Origin: an uncultured Chloroflexia bacterium | GTDB taxonomy: Bacteria > Chloroflexota > Limnocylindria > Limnocylindrales > CSP1-4 | Length of the DNA stretch: 64,000 nucleotides | NCBI GenBank assembly: GCA_963746845.1 | Contig: CAVVCZ010000004.1 | Coordinates: forward strand, 768,001-832,000 | Direction: 5' to 3' | In this document: positions 37,184-46,884 of the stretch, one piece after another | Layout: every line of letters starts with the position of its first letter | Numbering within the stretch: the first letter of the stretch is position 1 | Translations under genes and position numbers: made by a program | Notes under the pieces: generated by a model | The model's input: only the letters and a program-made list of their open reading frames with translations | Databases searched by the model: none | What the model was told of the DNA's origin: nothing

Positions 37184-38164
37184 ATGCCCATCGTCGACGT
37201 GCACACCCACATGTTCACCCGCCACTGGCTGGAGCTCGTGCGGACCCGTGGCACGCCGTACGGCATCCAGGTGCGGCCCGATGGGCGCGAAGAGGTCTTC
37301 CGGGGCCCCACACCGGTCGTGTTCCCGCAGCCCGGTCACTTCGACTACGACCTCCGGCTCGCCGCGATGGACGGCGCCGGGATCGACGTCTCCATCGTCT
37401 CGTTGACCTGCCCGAACGTCTACTGGGGCGGCGAGGACGTCAGCACGGCCGCCGCCCGCGACTCGAACGCCTCGATGGCCGACTCCTGGCGCGCGTACCC
37501 GGATCGGATTCGCTGGTTCGCCTCGTTGCCCTGGGAATACCCTGAGCGGGCGATCGAGGAGCTGGCGCGCAGCTGCGACGACGGGGCGAGCGGCGTGATG
37601 GTCCTCGCGAACGTGGCCGGACGCAGCCTCACGGAAGAAGCGTTCGCGCCGATCTGGGCCGAGATCGATCGCCGCGCGCTGCCGGTCCTCGTCCACCCTG
37701 GCGAGCCGCCCGGGGCCGATCTGATGGACATGGGCCGCTACGACCTCAGCTGGTCGGTCGGCTTCATGTTCGACACCACCCTGGCGCTCACCCGGCTGAT
37801 CTTCGACGGCTTCCTCGACCGGCACCCGAACCTCAAGCTGATCGCCGCGCACGGCGGCGGGACCCTCCCCTACCTCGTGGGGCGGTTCGAGAAGGGCGAC
37901 GCGGTCGAGCTGGCCGAGCGCCGCCGGATGACCGCCCATCCGACGGACTACCTCCGTCGGATCTGGTACGACTGCATCACCTACGACCCGGGAGCCCTGC
38001 GCTACCTGATCTCCGTGGTCGGGCCCGAGCGCGTCCTGTTCGGGACCGACTGGCCGCACCAGGTCCACGACGTCGTGGGCTCGCTCGCGAACACCGCGGC
38101 GCTGCCGGCGGACCAGCGGGACGCGATCCGTGGCGCCAACGCGGTCGCCCTGTTCGGGTTGTAG
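37184..38164 (+). CDS. Amidohydrolase_2 family (ACMSD-like decarboxylase)
   Basis: DVHTH, LVHP, AHGGGTLPY, FGTDWPH. Confidence 0.88.
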   Translation: MPIVDVHTHMFTRHWLELVRTRGTPYGIQVRPDGREEVFRGPTPVVFPQPGHFDYDLRLAAMDGAGIDVSIVSLTCPNVYWGGEDVSTAAARDSNASMADSWRAYPDRIRWFASLPWEYPERAIEELARSCDDGASGVMVLANVAGRSLTEEAFAPIWAEIDRRALPVLVHPGEPPGADLMDMGRYDLSWSVGFMFDTTLALTRLIFDGFLDRHPNLKLIAAHGGGTLPYLVGRFEKGDAVELAERRRMTAHPTDYLRRIWYDCITYDPGALRYLISVVGPERVLFGTDWPHQVHDVVGSLANTAALPADQRDAIRGANAVALFGL

Positions 38165-38179
38165 CGCGATGCGGCGGTC

Positions 38180-39823
38180 ATGAGCTCCGGCGGGCGCCCC
38201 CTGGCCGCCGAGCCCGTGCCGCGGATCTGGTTCCTCCTCCTCATCCTGCCGATCCTCGGGCTCGTGCTGCTGCTCGCCGAGCCCGGCCTGGATCTCCAGT
38301 GGGAGCACCATCCGAGCCACTTCTGGCTCGTCCTCGCGACGGCCGCCGTCAGCGTCGCGCTGGCGTACGTCACGAGCGCCGTGGCCGGCCGCCAGCGGGA
38401 CGCCCGCCTCGTCCTGATCTCGCTTGCGTTCTTCGCGGCCGCGGGGTTCCTCGGGCTCCACGCGCTCGCGACGCCCGGAGTCCTGCTGGCCGGCTCGAAC
38501 AAGGGCTTCGTGATCGCGACCCCGGTCGGGCTGTTCATCGCGGCGGTCTTCTCGGCCTGCTCGGTGACGGGCCTCGGCGGCCCACGGGCGCAGGTCGTGC
38601 TCCGCCGACGGACGACGATGCTCGTCGGGCTGAGCCTCCTGATGATCGTCTGGGCGGTCTTCTCGATCGCCGGGATCCCGCCCCTGGACGGAGCGCTGCC
38701 GCCGGGCGAGGCCGCCGGCCCGCTCACGGTCCTCGCGGTCGTCAGCGTGGTCCTGTACGCGTTCGCGGCGTGGCGGTCGTTCGACTTCTATCGACGACGC
38801 CGCGGGACGATGATCCTCGCCATCACCGTGGCACTGGTCCTCCTCGGCGAGTCGATGATCGCGGTCGTCCTGAGCCGGAACTGGCGGCTGAGCTGGTGGG
38901 AGTGGCACATCCTGATGCTCCTCGCCTTCCTCGCGATCGCCGCCGGTGCCCGGAGCGAGTACCGCCGCAGCGGATCGCTGACCGCGGCGTTCGGCGGCCT
39001 GTACCTCGATGCCACCCTGGCCCGGCTCGACCAGTGGCACGCGCGGGCGATCGCCGCCGTGGCGGCGGCGGACGAACGAGGCGAGTCCACGGCGCCGATC
39101 CTCGAGGAGCTCCGACGCGACGGCGCAAGCGGTGACGAGGTCGCGCTCGTCGAGCAGGCGGCCGGCGAGGTTCGCCGGCTCGACCGCCTGTTCCGGCCGT
39201 TCCTGCCGTCGCAGGTCGCCGATCGGCTCGTCGCGGAGCCCGGCACCGGCGACCTGGGCGGGGTCGAGCGACGAGTCAGCGTCCTGTTCGCCGACCTGGC
39301 CGGGTTCACCTCCTTCAGCGAGACCCGCTCGCCGTCCGAGGTGATCGCGATGCTGAACAGCTACTGGGCGGTCGTCGTCCCGGTCATCGACGCGAACGGC
39401 GGCGTCGTCGAGCAGTTCGCGGGTGACGGGGTCATGGCCAGCTACAACACGGCGACCGATCAGCCGGACCACGCGCTCCGGGCCGCTCGGACGGGCCTGG
39501 CGATCGTCGCCGCCGGACGACCACTCGCGGCCACCCACGCCGGCTGGCCGATCTTCCGGATCGGCATCAACACCGGGCCGGCGGTCGTCGGCAACGTCGG
39601 CGCCGAAGGGCGGCGGAGCTTCGCGGTGATCGGCGACACGGTCAACACGGCCTCGCGGCTGATGGCGCTCGGCAAGCCCGGGCAGGTCGTGGTGTCCGCG
39701 CCGACGTGGTCGGCCCTGGGAGACGATCGGTCAGGCCTCGCTCTCGGGCCGGCGGAGGTCAAGGGCAAGCGCCTCCCAGTCGATGCCTGGGTCCTGACGG
39801 GCCTCGAGCGGGACCTCTCATGA
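38180..39823 (+). CDS. Membrane-bound class III nucleotide cyclase
   Basis: About 8 TMs, then FADLAGFT, EQFAGDGVMA, IGINTG, IGDTVNTASRL. Confidence 0.88.
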   Translation: MSSGGRPLAAEPVPRIWFLLLILPILGLVLLLAEPGLDLQWEHHPSHFWLVLATAAVSVALAYVTSAVAGRQRDARLVLISLAFFAAAGFLGLHALATPGVLLAGSNKGFVIATPVGLFIAAVFSACSVTGLGGPRAQVVLRRRTTMLVGLSLLMIVWAVFSIAGIPPLDGALPPGEAAGPLTVLAVVSVVLYAFAAWRSFDFYRRRRGTMILAITVALVLLGESMIAVVLSRNWRLSWWEWHILMLLAFLAIAAGARSEYRRSGSLTAAFGGLYLDATLARLDQWHARAIAAVAAADERGESTAPILEELRRDGASGDEVALVEQAAGEVRRLDRLFRPFLPSQVADRLVAEPGTGDLGGVERRVSVLFADLAGFTSFSETRSPSEVIAMLNSYWAVVVPVIDANGGVVEQFAGDGVMASYNTATDQPDHALRAARTGLAIVAAGRPLAATHAGWPIFRIGINTGPAVVGNVGAEGRRSFAVIGDTVNTASRLMALGKPGQVVVSAPTWSALGDDRSGLALGPAEVKGKRLPVDAWVLTGLERDLS

Positions 39824-39885
39824 ACCGCTCACGGCTCGCGCGATAGGGTCGGTCCGCAACCGAACCCGCCCGACGGAGACCCGCG

Positions 39886-40818
39886 ATGATCGCCCAACGA
39901 CCGGACCGACGCGCCGCCCCGACGCCGACCTATGAGGGCCGCCCGCTCCACGACCCGACCGAGCCCGTCGTCGATCAGGGCCTCGCCTTCGACCTCGAGA
40001 CGCTCCTGACCCGCCGCTCCATGCTCAAGGCGATCGGGCTGGGCGGCGTCAGCGCGGGTCTCGTCACCCTGGCCGCGTGCAGCCCGACGGCGAGCGGGTC
40101 ACCATCGACGTCGTCGACGGCTGGCTCCGGCGCGGGCGCGAGCGCGAGCGCCGGCAGCTCCGCGGCGGCCGCGGCGGACTGCGCCACGATCATCCCGGAA
40201 GAGACCGCCGGCCCCTTCCCGGGCGACGGATCGAACGGGCCGGACGTGCTGACCCAGAGCGGCGTGGTCCGGACGGACATCCGATCGAGCTTCGGGACGT
40301 CGACCACGACGGCGCAGGGCGTGCCCCTCACGATCCGCTTCGCCCTCCTCGACGCCGCGAAGGGCTGTGCGCCGCTCGCGAACGCCGCCGTCTACGCCTG
40401 GCACTGCGACCGCGACGGCAACTACTCGATGTACTCGCAGGGCGTCACGAACGAGAACTACCTGCGCGGGGTCCAGGCGACCGGGGCGGACGGCGTCGCC
40501 ACGTTCACGAGCATCTTCCCGGCCTGCTACCAGGGACGATGGCCGCACGTCCACTTCGAGGTCTATCCGGCCCTCGACAAGGCCACCGATCCAGCGAACC
40601 GGATCGCGACCTCGCAGATCGCGCTTCCGGCCGACATCTGCAAGGGGGTCTACGCGACCGACGGATACGGCAGCAGCCTCTCGACCTTCGCCGGAGTCTC
40701 CCTCGCGAGCGACATGGTGTTCGGCAACGACGGCGGGATCCACCAGATCGGCGCGATGTCCGGCACGATCGCGGACGGCCTCACGGTCGAGCTTCCGGTC
40801 CCGGTGCAGACCGCGTAG
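39886..40818 (+). CDS. Exported intradiol ring-cleavage dioxygenase-like lipoprotein
   Basis: Tat-like TRRSMLK and LAAC; ETAGPF, WHCD..G.YS, YLRGVQ, CYQGRWPHVHF. Confidence 0.85.
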   Translation: MIAQRPDRRAAPTPTYEGRPLHDPTEPVVDQGLAFDLETLLTRRSMLKAIGLGGVSAGLVTLAACSPTASGSPSTSSTAGSGAGASASAGSSAAAAADCATIIPEETAGPFPGDGSNGPDVLTQSGVVRTDIRSSFGTSTTTAQGVPLTIRFALLDAAKGCAPLANAAVYAWHCDRDGNYSMYSQGVTNENYLRGVQATGADGVATFTSIFPACYQGRWPHVHFEVYPALDKATDPANRIATSQIALPADICKGVYATDGYGSSLSTFAGVSLASDMVFGNDGGIHQIGAMSGTIADGLTVELPVPVQTA

Positions 40819-40922
40819 GGTCCGCCGTCAGCGCCAGAAGGTGTCGTGCCGGAGCATGAACGCCGTGCGTTCCTCGTCCGCCCCGTCCGCCCGGCGACGA
40901 GCGCCGCACCTAGACTGCGGAC

Positions 40923-41735
40923 ATGGCCGACAGCCCGGGCTGGCAGGCGCTCCTTCGCGGCAACCCGGAGGCGATGAATCGGACCCGCAGCCGGTTCCGC
41001 CACGTGCCGAGCCCGCCGCGCTGCAAGATGTGCTACGCCCCGTTCGCGGGAATCGGCGGCGTCATCCTGCGGCCGTGGTTCGGCCCGTGGGAGGCCAACC
41101 CGCAGCTCTGCAAGACGTGCTTCCGGACCCTGACCAAGGCCGGCCCGGGCGGCGCCGAGGTCCACGTCGGGCTCCTGTTCGCCGACATCCGCGGCTCGAC
41201 CGGTCTCGCCGAGCGCGTCGGGCCCGCCGCCTTCTCGGCCGTCCTCCAGGCGTTCTACGGCCATGCCGTCGATGCCATCGAGCGGTCGAACGGGATCGTG
41301 GACAAGTTCGTCGGCGACGAGGCGATCGGCCTGTTCATCCCCGGGCTCACCGGCGACGACTTCGTCGCGCGTGCCGTCGAGGCCGGTCGCTCGCTGATCG
41401 ACGCGGTCGGCGCCACCGACGCCAGCCCGGGAGGCCCGATCCCCGTCGGTGCCGCGGTCCACTCCGGCGTGGCGTTCGTCGGCACGGTCGGGCCGGCGGG
41501 CGAGATCGGCGACTTCACGGCGCTCGGGGATCCGGTCAACACGACGGCCCGTCTGGCCTCAATCGCCGCGGCCGGCGAGCTGTACGTCTCCGTCGAGGCC
41601 GCGGAACGTGCGGGTCTCGACGCGACAGGTCTGAACCCTCGTTCTGTCGAGGTCCGCGGTCGGGAGGCGACCGTCGACGTGTTCGTGATCGGCTCGGCGC
41701 AGCGCGCAGCGGTCCGCGGAGACGCGGTACCCTGA
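40923..41735 (+). CDS. Soluble class III adenylate cyclase with N-terminal CxxC...CxxC module
   Basis: CKMC...CKTC; FADIRGST, DKFVGD, DFTALGDPVNTTARL. Confidence 0.88.
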   Translation: MADSPGWQALLRGNPEAMNRTRSRFRHVPSPPRCKMCYAPFAGIGGVILRPWFGPWEANPQLCKTCFRTLTKAGPGGAEVHVGLLFADIRGSTGLAERVGPAAFSAVLQAFYGHAVDAIERSNGIVDKFVGDEAIGLFIPGLTGDDFVARAVEAGRSLIDAVGATDASPGGPIPVGAAVHSGVAFVGTVGPAGEIGDFTALGDPVNTTARLASIAAAGELYVSVEAAERAGLDATGLNPRSVEVRGREATVDVFVIGSAQRAAVRGDAVP

Positions 41736-41743
41736 GCGGCCTG

Positions 41744-41812
41744 ATGCGCGGATTGCTCGCCCGACGTCCCGAGGACGCCTGGCGCTCCCTGATCTCGAAC
41801 CAGAACGGCTGA
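41744..41812 (+). CDS. Putative 22-aa uORF/leader peptide MRGLLARRPEDAWRSLISNQNG
   Basis: TACCCT -10-like box at 41728-41733; followed by hairpins; internal segment complementary to the SD of the GTPase gene. Confidence 0.4.
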   Translation: MRGLLARRPEDAWRSLISNQNG

Positions 41813-41935
41813 GCCGCCCCTTCCAGCACCAGCGTCGGTGGAAGGGGCGAGGATCGGACGCGTGCCGCTCGTCGCAGCCGAATCGGCTGCGCGCCTCGCG
41901 TCGTCGCTCGCCCGTCGAGTCACGGAGCCAGACCC

Positions 41936-42865
41936 ATGCCCATGCCGCATCGAACCTTCGCCGCCGTGGCGAAGCGCCGCCTCGTCGGGAAGGAAGGCCG
42001 CGAACGGATCCGCGAGGTCCGCGCGCTCCTGGCGGAGCTGCCCGACTATCGGAACGGTCCCTACGCGGACCTCCGCAAATCCCTTCTCGCCGAGATCGAG
42101 GACACCCGAGTCCGCTCGAGCGCCGTCCATCGCGATTCCATCGCGGTCCGACGCGAGGGCGCCGCCCAGATCGCCCTTGTCGGCCCGCCGAACGTCGGCA
42201 AGTCGTCGCTCCTCCAGGCACTGTCCGAGATCCAGATCAAGACCGGCGACTACGCGTTCACGACGCTCCGGCCGGTGCCGGCCCTCACCCGGATCCGCGG
42301 CGTCCTCGTCCAGCTGGTCGAGATCCCCGGGTTGATCGAGGGAGCGAGCGAAGACCGCGGTGGCGGCCGGGCGCTGCTCGGCGTGCTTCGTGCGGCCGAC
42401 GCGATCCTGTACTGCGCCCGCGCCGGTGCGGATCCCGGGGAGCTCCGGGTCGTCCGCGACGAGGTGACGGCCGCCGGGATCGACGTGCCCGCGGCGGTCG
42501 CGATGACCCGCGCCGACGAGGCGGACGATGCGGCGCGGGATCGACTCGCGGCCGCCATCCCGGACCTTCCGGTGCTCGCCGTGTCCGTCCTCGACGAGGC
42601 GTCGCTGGATGCCGTGCGGACGACCGTCTGGCGCCTGACCGGGCTGATCGCGATCCGCCTCCGCGCGAACGGCATCGTCGAGGGGGAGCCGCTGGCGCTC
42701 CATCCGCCGGCGACGGTCGCGGACGTGGCCGATACGATCCACCACGACCTCGCGGCGTCGTTCACCGGGGCGCGGGTCTGGGGATCGTCGGCGAGGTTCG
42801 ACGGCCAGCGGGTCGGCCGTGACCACGAAGTGGCCGACGGCGACGTCGTCGAGATCCTCCGCTGA
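41936..42865 (+). CDS. DRG-like OBG-family GTPase with N-terminal helical region and C-terminal TGS domain
   Basis: AVRREGAAQIALVGPPNVGKSS, YAFTTL, EIPGLIEGA..RGGG, and TGS motif ARVWGSSARFDGQRVGRDH...DGDVVEI. Confidence 0.88.
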   Translation: MPMPHRTFAAVAKRRLVGKEGRERIREVRALLAELPDYRNGPYADLRKSLLAEIEDTRVRSSAVHRDSIAVRREGAAQIALVGPPNVGKSSLLQALSEIQIKTGDYAFTTLRPVPALTRIRGVLVQLVEIPGLIEGASEDRGGGRALLGVLRAADAILYCARAGADPGELRVVRDEVTAAGIDVPAAVAMTRADEADDAARDRLAAAIPDLPVLAVSVLDEASLDAVRTTVWRLTGLIAIRLRANGIVEGEPLALHPPATVADVADTIHHDLAASFTGARVWGSSARFDGQRVGRDHEVADGDVVEILR

Positions 42866-42946
42866 GACGCGTCGTCGCTCACACAGGCGATCGACGGGCG
42901 TCCCGGATGACCCACGTCGGCAAACGCTGATCGGTACGCTGTCGCC

Positions 42947-44116
42947 ATGGCGCGTACTGTGGGCATCGGCGTCATCGGCATGGGCTGGATGGGCGAGGTC
43001 CACAGCCGGTCCTACCGCCTCGTCCGCGACCGGTTCCACGATCGCGGGATCGACGCTCGGCTCGTCGCCTGCGCCGACGTGGACCCCGCCCGCTCCGACG
43101 CCGCGCGTGACCGCTTCGGGTTCGAGCGGTCGACGACCGACTGGCGGTCCGTCATCGACGACCCCGCGGTGGACGCCGTGAGCGTCACGGCCCCGAACGA
43201 CACCCACCTCGCAGTCATCCGTGCTGCGCTCGACGCGGGCAAGCATGTCCTGTGCGAGAAGCCGGTCGGACGGACGCCGAGCGAGACGATCGAAGCGGCG
43301 GACGCGGCGCGCGGCACGGGGCTGGTCACGCTCGCCGGCTACAACTACCGCTGGGCGCCGCTCGTGCAGCGGGCACACGCCCTGATCGGCGCGGGCGCGA
43401 TCGGTGAGCTGACCCACTATCGCGGTCGCTTCCTGAACGGCTACGCCAAGGATCCCAACGGCGTCCTGTCATGGCGGTTCCTCGCCGAGCAGGGCTACGG
43501 GACGCTGTCGGACCTCCTCTCGCACGCGATCGACATGGCGCTCTTCCTGAGCGGCTCGATCGCCGAGGTCGTCGGCAACCGGGCGACGTTCATCGCGGAG
43601 CGGCCGCTGCCACACGCGGGCGGCACCCACTACGACACGGCCTCCGCCGACGATCCGCGCGGTGCCGTCACGAACGAGGACTACGTCGGGGCGCTGGTCC
43701 GGTTCGCCAACGGCGCCCAGGGCACGCTCGAGGCGTGTCGCGTGATCACCGGGTCCGCCTGCGATCTCGGGTTCGAGGCCCATGGCACGCACGGGGCGCT
43801 GGCCTGGACGTTCGAGCGGATGAACGAGCTCCGCCGCTACCGGCGCGTCGACGGCGCGCCGGCGGACGAGGGCTGGACCACGGAGCTCACCGGCCCGGCC
43901 CATCCGTTCCACCAGGCGTTCAACCCGGGCTGGGGCACGGGCCTCGGCTACGACGACCTCGCGGTCATCGAGGTGGCGGAGTTCCTCCGGGCGATCGTCG
44001 AAGGGGTGCCGGCCGCACCGAGCTTCGAGGACGCGGCGGCGGTCGCCCGGGTCCAGCTCGCGATCGCCGCCTCATGGCAGACCGGGGCCTGGTGCGAGGT
44101 CGGGAGGGCTGGATGA
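42947..44116 (+). CDS. Gfo/Idh/MocA family oxidoreductase
   Basis: [28 protein letters not shown]. Confidence 0.92.
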   Translation: MARTVGIGVIGMGWMGEVHSRSYRLVRDRFHDRGIDARLVACADVDPARSDAARDRFGFERSTTDWRSVIDDPAVDAVSVTAPNDTHLAVIRAALDAGKHVLCEKPVGRTPSETIEAADAARGTGLVTLAGYNYRWAPLVQRAHALIGAGAIGELTHYRGRFLNGYAKDPNGVLSWRFLAEQGYGTLSDLLSHAIDMALFLSGSIAEVVGNRATFIAERPLPHAGGTHYDTASADDPRGAVTNEDYVGALVRFANGAQGTLEACRVITGSACDLGFEAHGTHGALAWTFERMNELRRYRRVDGAPADEGWTTELTGPAHPFHQAFNPGWGTGLGYDDLAVIEVAEFLRAIVEGVPAAPSFEDAAAVARVQLAIAASWQTGAWCEVGRAG

Positions 44117-45066
44117 TCACGATTCCGGAGCTCGAGCCATCCGCGATCCTCGTCGCGCGCTCGTCGATTGATCCGGTTTTCCTGCACGCGCCGCAGTACG
44201 TCCACGATGGGCTCTCGGCGCGTCTCGGCGTGCCGGTGATCGTGAAGCTCGAGACGCTCAACCCGATCCGGGCGTTCAAGGGCCGCGGGACCTCGTTCGT
44301 CGTCCGATCCCTCGCGGCCGAGGGCGAGCTCGGACCGGAGCGGCCGGTCGTGTGCGCCTCGGCCGGCAACTTCGGCCAGGGCATCGCCTATGCGGCGCGC
44401 GACCTGGGGATCCCGTCGGTCGTCTTCGCGTCCACGCATGCGAACACCGGGAAGGTCGCGCGGATGCGCGCGCTCGGCGCGGTCGTTCACCTCATCGGCG
44501 AGGACTTCGACGAGGCACGGGCTGGTGCCGATGCGTTCGCCAGGGAGACCGGTGCCCGGCTCCTGATCGACGGCGAGGACCCGCGCATCGCCGCGGGCGC
44601 CGCGACGCTCGCGGTGGAGCTCACCGAGGCCGTCGCGGAGGGCCGACTGCCCGCGCTCGCGGTCGTGTCCGTCCCCGTCGGGAACGGCGCCCTGATCAAC
44701 GGCGTCGGCTCGTGGCTGCGCAGCGCCGCTCCCGACTGCCGCGTTGTCGGCGTCCAGGCGACGGGTGCCGCCGCCATGACGCTGTCGTGGCGAGCGGGCC
44801 GCCCGATCGACACCGACACCGTCACGACGTACGCAGACGGCATCGCCGCGCGCGTCTCGATCCCCGCCGCCGTCGAGGCGATGGCCGGTCGCGTCGACGA
44901 GATGCGGCTCGTGGACGACGACGCCATGCGCGCGGCCCAGGCGGAGCTCACCACCGAGCTCGGGGTCACCGTCGAAGGGGCCGCGGCGGCCTCATGGGCC
45001 GCGCTGATCGCCGGCCCACGGCCGGACGGGCCGGCCGTCGTGATCATCACCGGCAGCAACGTCTGA
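44113..45066 (+). CDS. PLP-dependent threonine/serine dehydratase family enzyme
   Basis: [36 protein letters not shown]. Confidence 0.88.
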   Translation: MITIPELEPSAILVARSSIDPVFLHAPQYVHDGLSARLGVPVIVKLETLNPIRAFKGRGTSFVVRSLAAEGELGPERPVVCASAGNFGQGIAYAARDLGIPSVVFASTHANTGKVARMRALGAVVHLIGEDFDEARAGADAFARETGARLLIDGEDPRIAAGAATLAVELTEAVAEGRLPALAVVSVPVGNGALINGVGSWLRSAAPDCRVVGVQATGAAAMTLSWRAGRPIDTDTVTTYADGIAARVSIPAAVEAMAGRVDEMRLVDDDAMRAAQAELTTELGVTVEGAAAASWAALIAGPRPDGPAVVIITGSNV

Positions 45067-45094
45067 GGTCCGGCGGCAGGTCGCCGTCGCCGGA

Positions 45095-46489
45095 TCACGT
45101 CGTCGGCGGCAACCGGCCGTCGCGCCGCGCGTCGTGGAGGATCGTCCAGACCTCCTCCTGGACGCCCCGGAGACGGAACGCCGCATCGACGGCCGCCCGG
45201 CCGTGGCGGTCGACGACGACGCGCTCCACGTCGGGATCGCGCGTCCGTCGCAGAAGGGTGGCGTCGTCCCAGACGCGCGGGCCGGAGCAGCAATCCTCGA
45301 GATCGATCCAGACGATCCCGGCCGGGCCGATCAGCGAGTTGCGTGGGAAGGCGTCGCCGTGGAGCAGTCCGCGATCCGAGGTCTCGGCGAGCAGGTCCGT
45401 CAGGGCGATGTCGCGCGCCGCTGCCAGGCGGCCGGCGCGTGCGGTCGACAGCAGGCCGGTGTCCTGCGCGAACGCGAGGGCCAGGTCCAGGTCGTCGACC
45501 GCGGGAACGAGCAGTGGCAGTGCCGGCGGCGACGGGAGCGCGGCGATCGCCGCGTGGAGACGGTCGAGGGTCGCGAGCGCCGTCACGGGGTCCGGCGCGT
45601 CCGCGGGATCGTGATCCACGAACGCCCAGGCCGTCAGCCACCAGCCGTCGACGGCGTGCGGCCCGGGCGGCACCAGCGGGCTGGGTGCCATGACCGGCCC
45701 ACCCGCGTCGGCGAGCGCGGTCACGAGCGCGACCTCGCGCTCGAGCCAGGGCCGCGGATCGTGCCGGATCCGGGCCGTGAACGTCGCCACCCGGACGACG
45801 ACCGGCGACGGCGCGAGATGGACGACGACGTTGCTGCCGTCCTTCAGAACCCGTGGCGCGGCGGTCTCGAGGCCGTGGGCGGCCGCGAACGCCAGGGCGG
45901 CGTCGACCGGCGAGCCGTGGCCGGTGACCGTCGGCGGGACCCCGGCGCCGGGCGCCGGGGGTGGGTCGTCGAGGCTCAGGACGAGCTGGTTGACGGACGT
46001 GCCACGCGCAGCCGAAAGCTCCTCGTCCGTCCCGATCACCCGGAACCCGGCGTGCTCGAGGACCATGAGGGAGGCGACGTTGTCGGCGGCGACCCACGCG
46101 AGAAGCGGGCGATCGTGGATCTCCGCCACGAACAGGGCGAGCGCCCGCCGGCCGATGCCCCGCCCCCACGCCGAGCGATCGAGCCAGTACCCCACCTCGA
46201 CGTGCCCGTCCTGCTCGAACCGGACGATGCTCCCGGTCACCCGGTCGTCGGCGAGGATCGCCCGGGCGACGACCGTCGGATCCGCCCGGATCCGCGCCCA
46301 GTGGGCGTCGAACGCCACTCGATCGTCCCCGTCCGGGCTCGTGAACGCGACCATCCAGCGGGCGACCGGATCCTGCTGGGCACGGAAGAGGACGTCCAGA
46401 TCCGCGTCCTCGACCGGTCGAAGCCGGACGACGGCCGGGGCTGGCGCGGCGGCCGGGCGCTTGGCGATCGGACGTTGACCGTCGATCAT
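45095..46489 (-). CDS. Fused GNAT (RimJ/L-like) and aminoglycoside phosphotransferase-family protein
   Basis: N-terminal VGYWL...WGRGIG...NVAS..VLEHAGF; C-terminal SNVVVHL...VVVRV, HGDAFPRN, IDLED. Confidence 0.8.
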   Translation of the reverse strand: MIDGQRPIAKRPAAAPAPAVVRLRPVEDADLDVLFRAQQDPVARWMVAFTSPDGDDRVAFDAHWARIRADPTVVARAILADDRVTGSIVRFEQDGHVEVGYWLDRSAWGRGIGRRALALFVAEIHDRPLLAWVAADNVASLMVLEHAGFRVIGTDEELSAARGTSVNQLVLSLDDPPPAPGAGVPPTVTGHGSPVDAALAFAAAHGLETAAPRVLKDGSNVVVHLAPSPVVVRVATFTARIRHDPRPWLEREVALVTALADAGGPVMAPSPLVPPGPHAVDGWWLTAWAFVDHDPADAPDPVTALATLDRLHAAIAALPSPPALPLLVPAVDDLDLALAFAQDTGLLSTARAGRLAAARDIALTDLLAETSDRGLLHGDAFPRNSLIGPAGIVWIDLEDCCSGPRVWDDATLLRRTRDPDVERVVVDRHGRAAVDAAFRLRGVQEEVWTILHDARRDGRLPPTT

Positions 46490-46646
46490 CCGCGCCTCCG
46501 GCTCCGGCGAGATCTCCGCCCGGGAACCTGTCGGACGGCGGATCGCGTCGCGAGTCTAGCCGCCCGGAACGAACGCCCGATGCGTCGAGAGGCCGTCAAC
46601 AATCGGGCGGGTTGACGCCCATCGTGCCGCATCCCACGATCCCGCC

Positions 46647-46856
46647 GTGAGCGACGAGCCGGATCTCGATTCCGCGGAGGCCGCCCGGAACCGGCGTCGT
46701 GACCACGATGCCGAGGCGAAGGGCCGCGACCTGATGCGTCCCGGGATGGGCAAGGTCTTCAAGCAGATCCAGGATGCCCAGCGCCGGGCGGCAGACGACA
46801 TCGGCCCGCCGGGTGAGCGCCCGCCCGGCACCAGGAAGGCGACGCCGAAGCGCTGA
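46647..46856 (+). CDS. Small hypothetical protein (69 aa)
   Basis: Hydrophilic ORF with natural codon usage (RPGMGKVFKQIQDAQ) in an intergenic gap. Confidence 0.55.
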   Translation: MSDEPDLDSAEAARNRRRDHDAEAKGRDLMRPGMGKVFKQIQDAQRRAADDIGPPGERPPGTRKATPKR

Positions 46857-46884
46857 GGTCCGTCGAGGCCGGTTGAGGCCCCGC

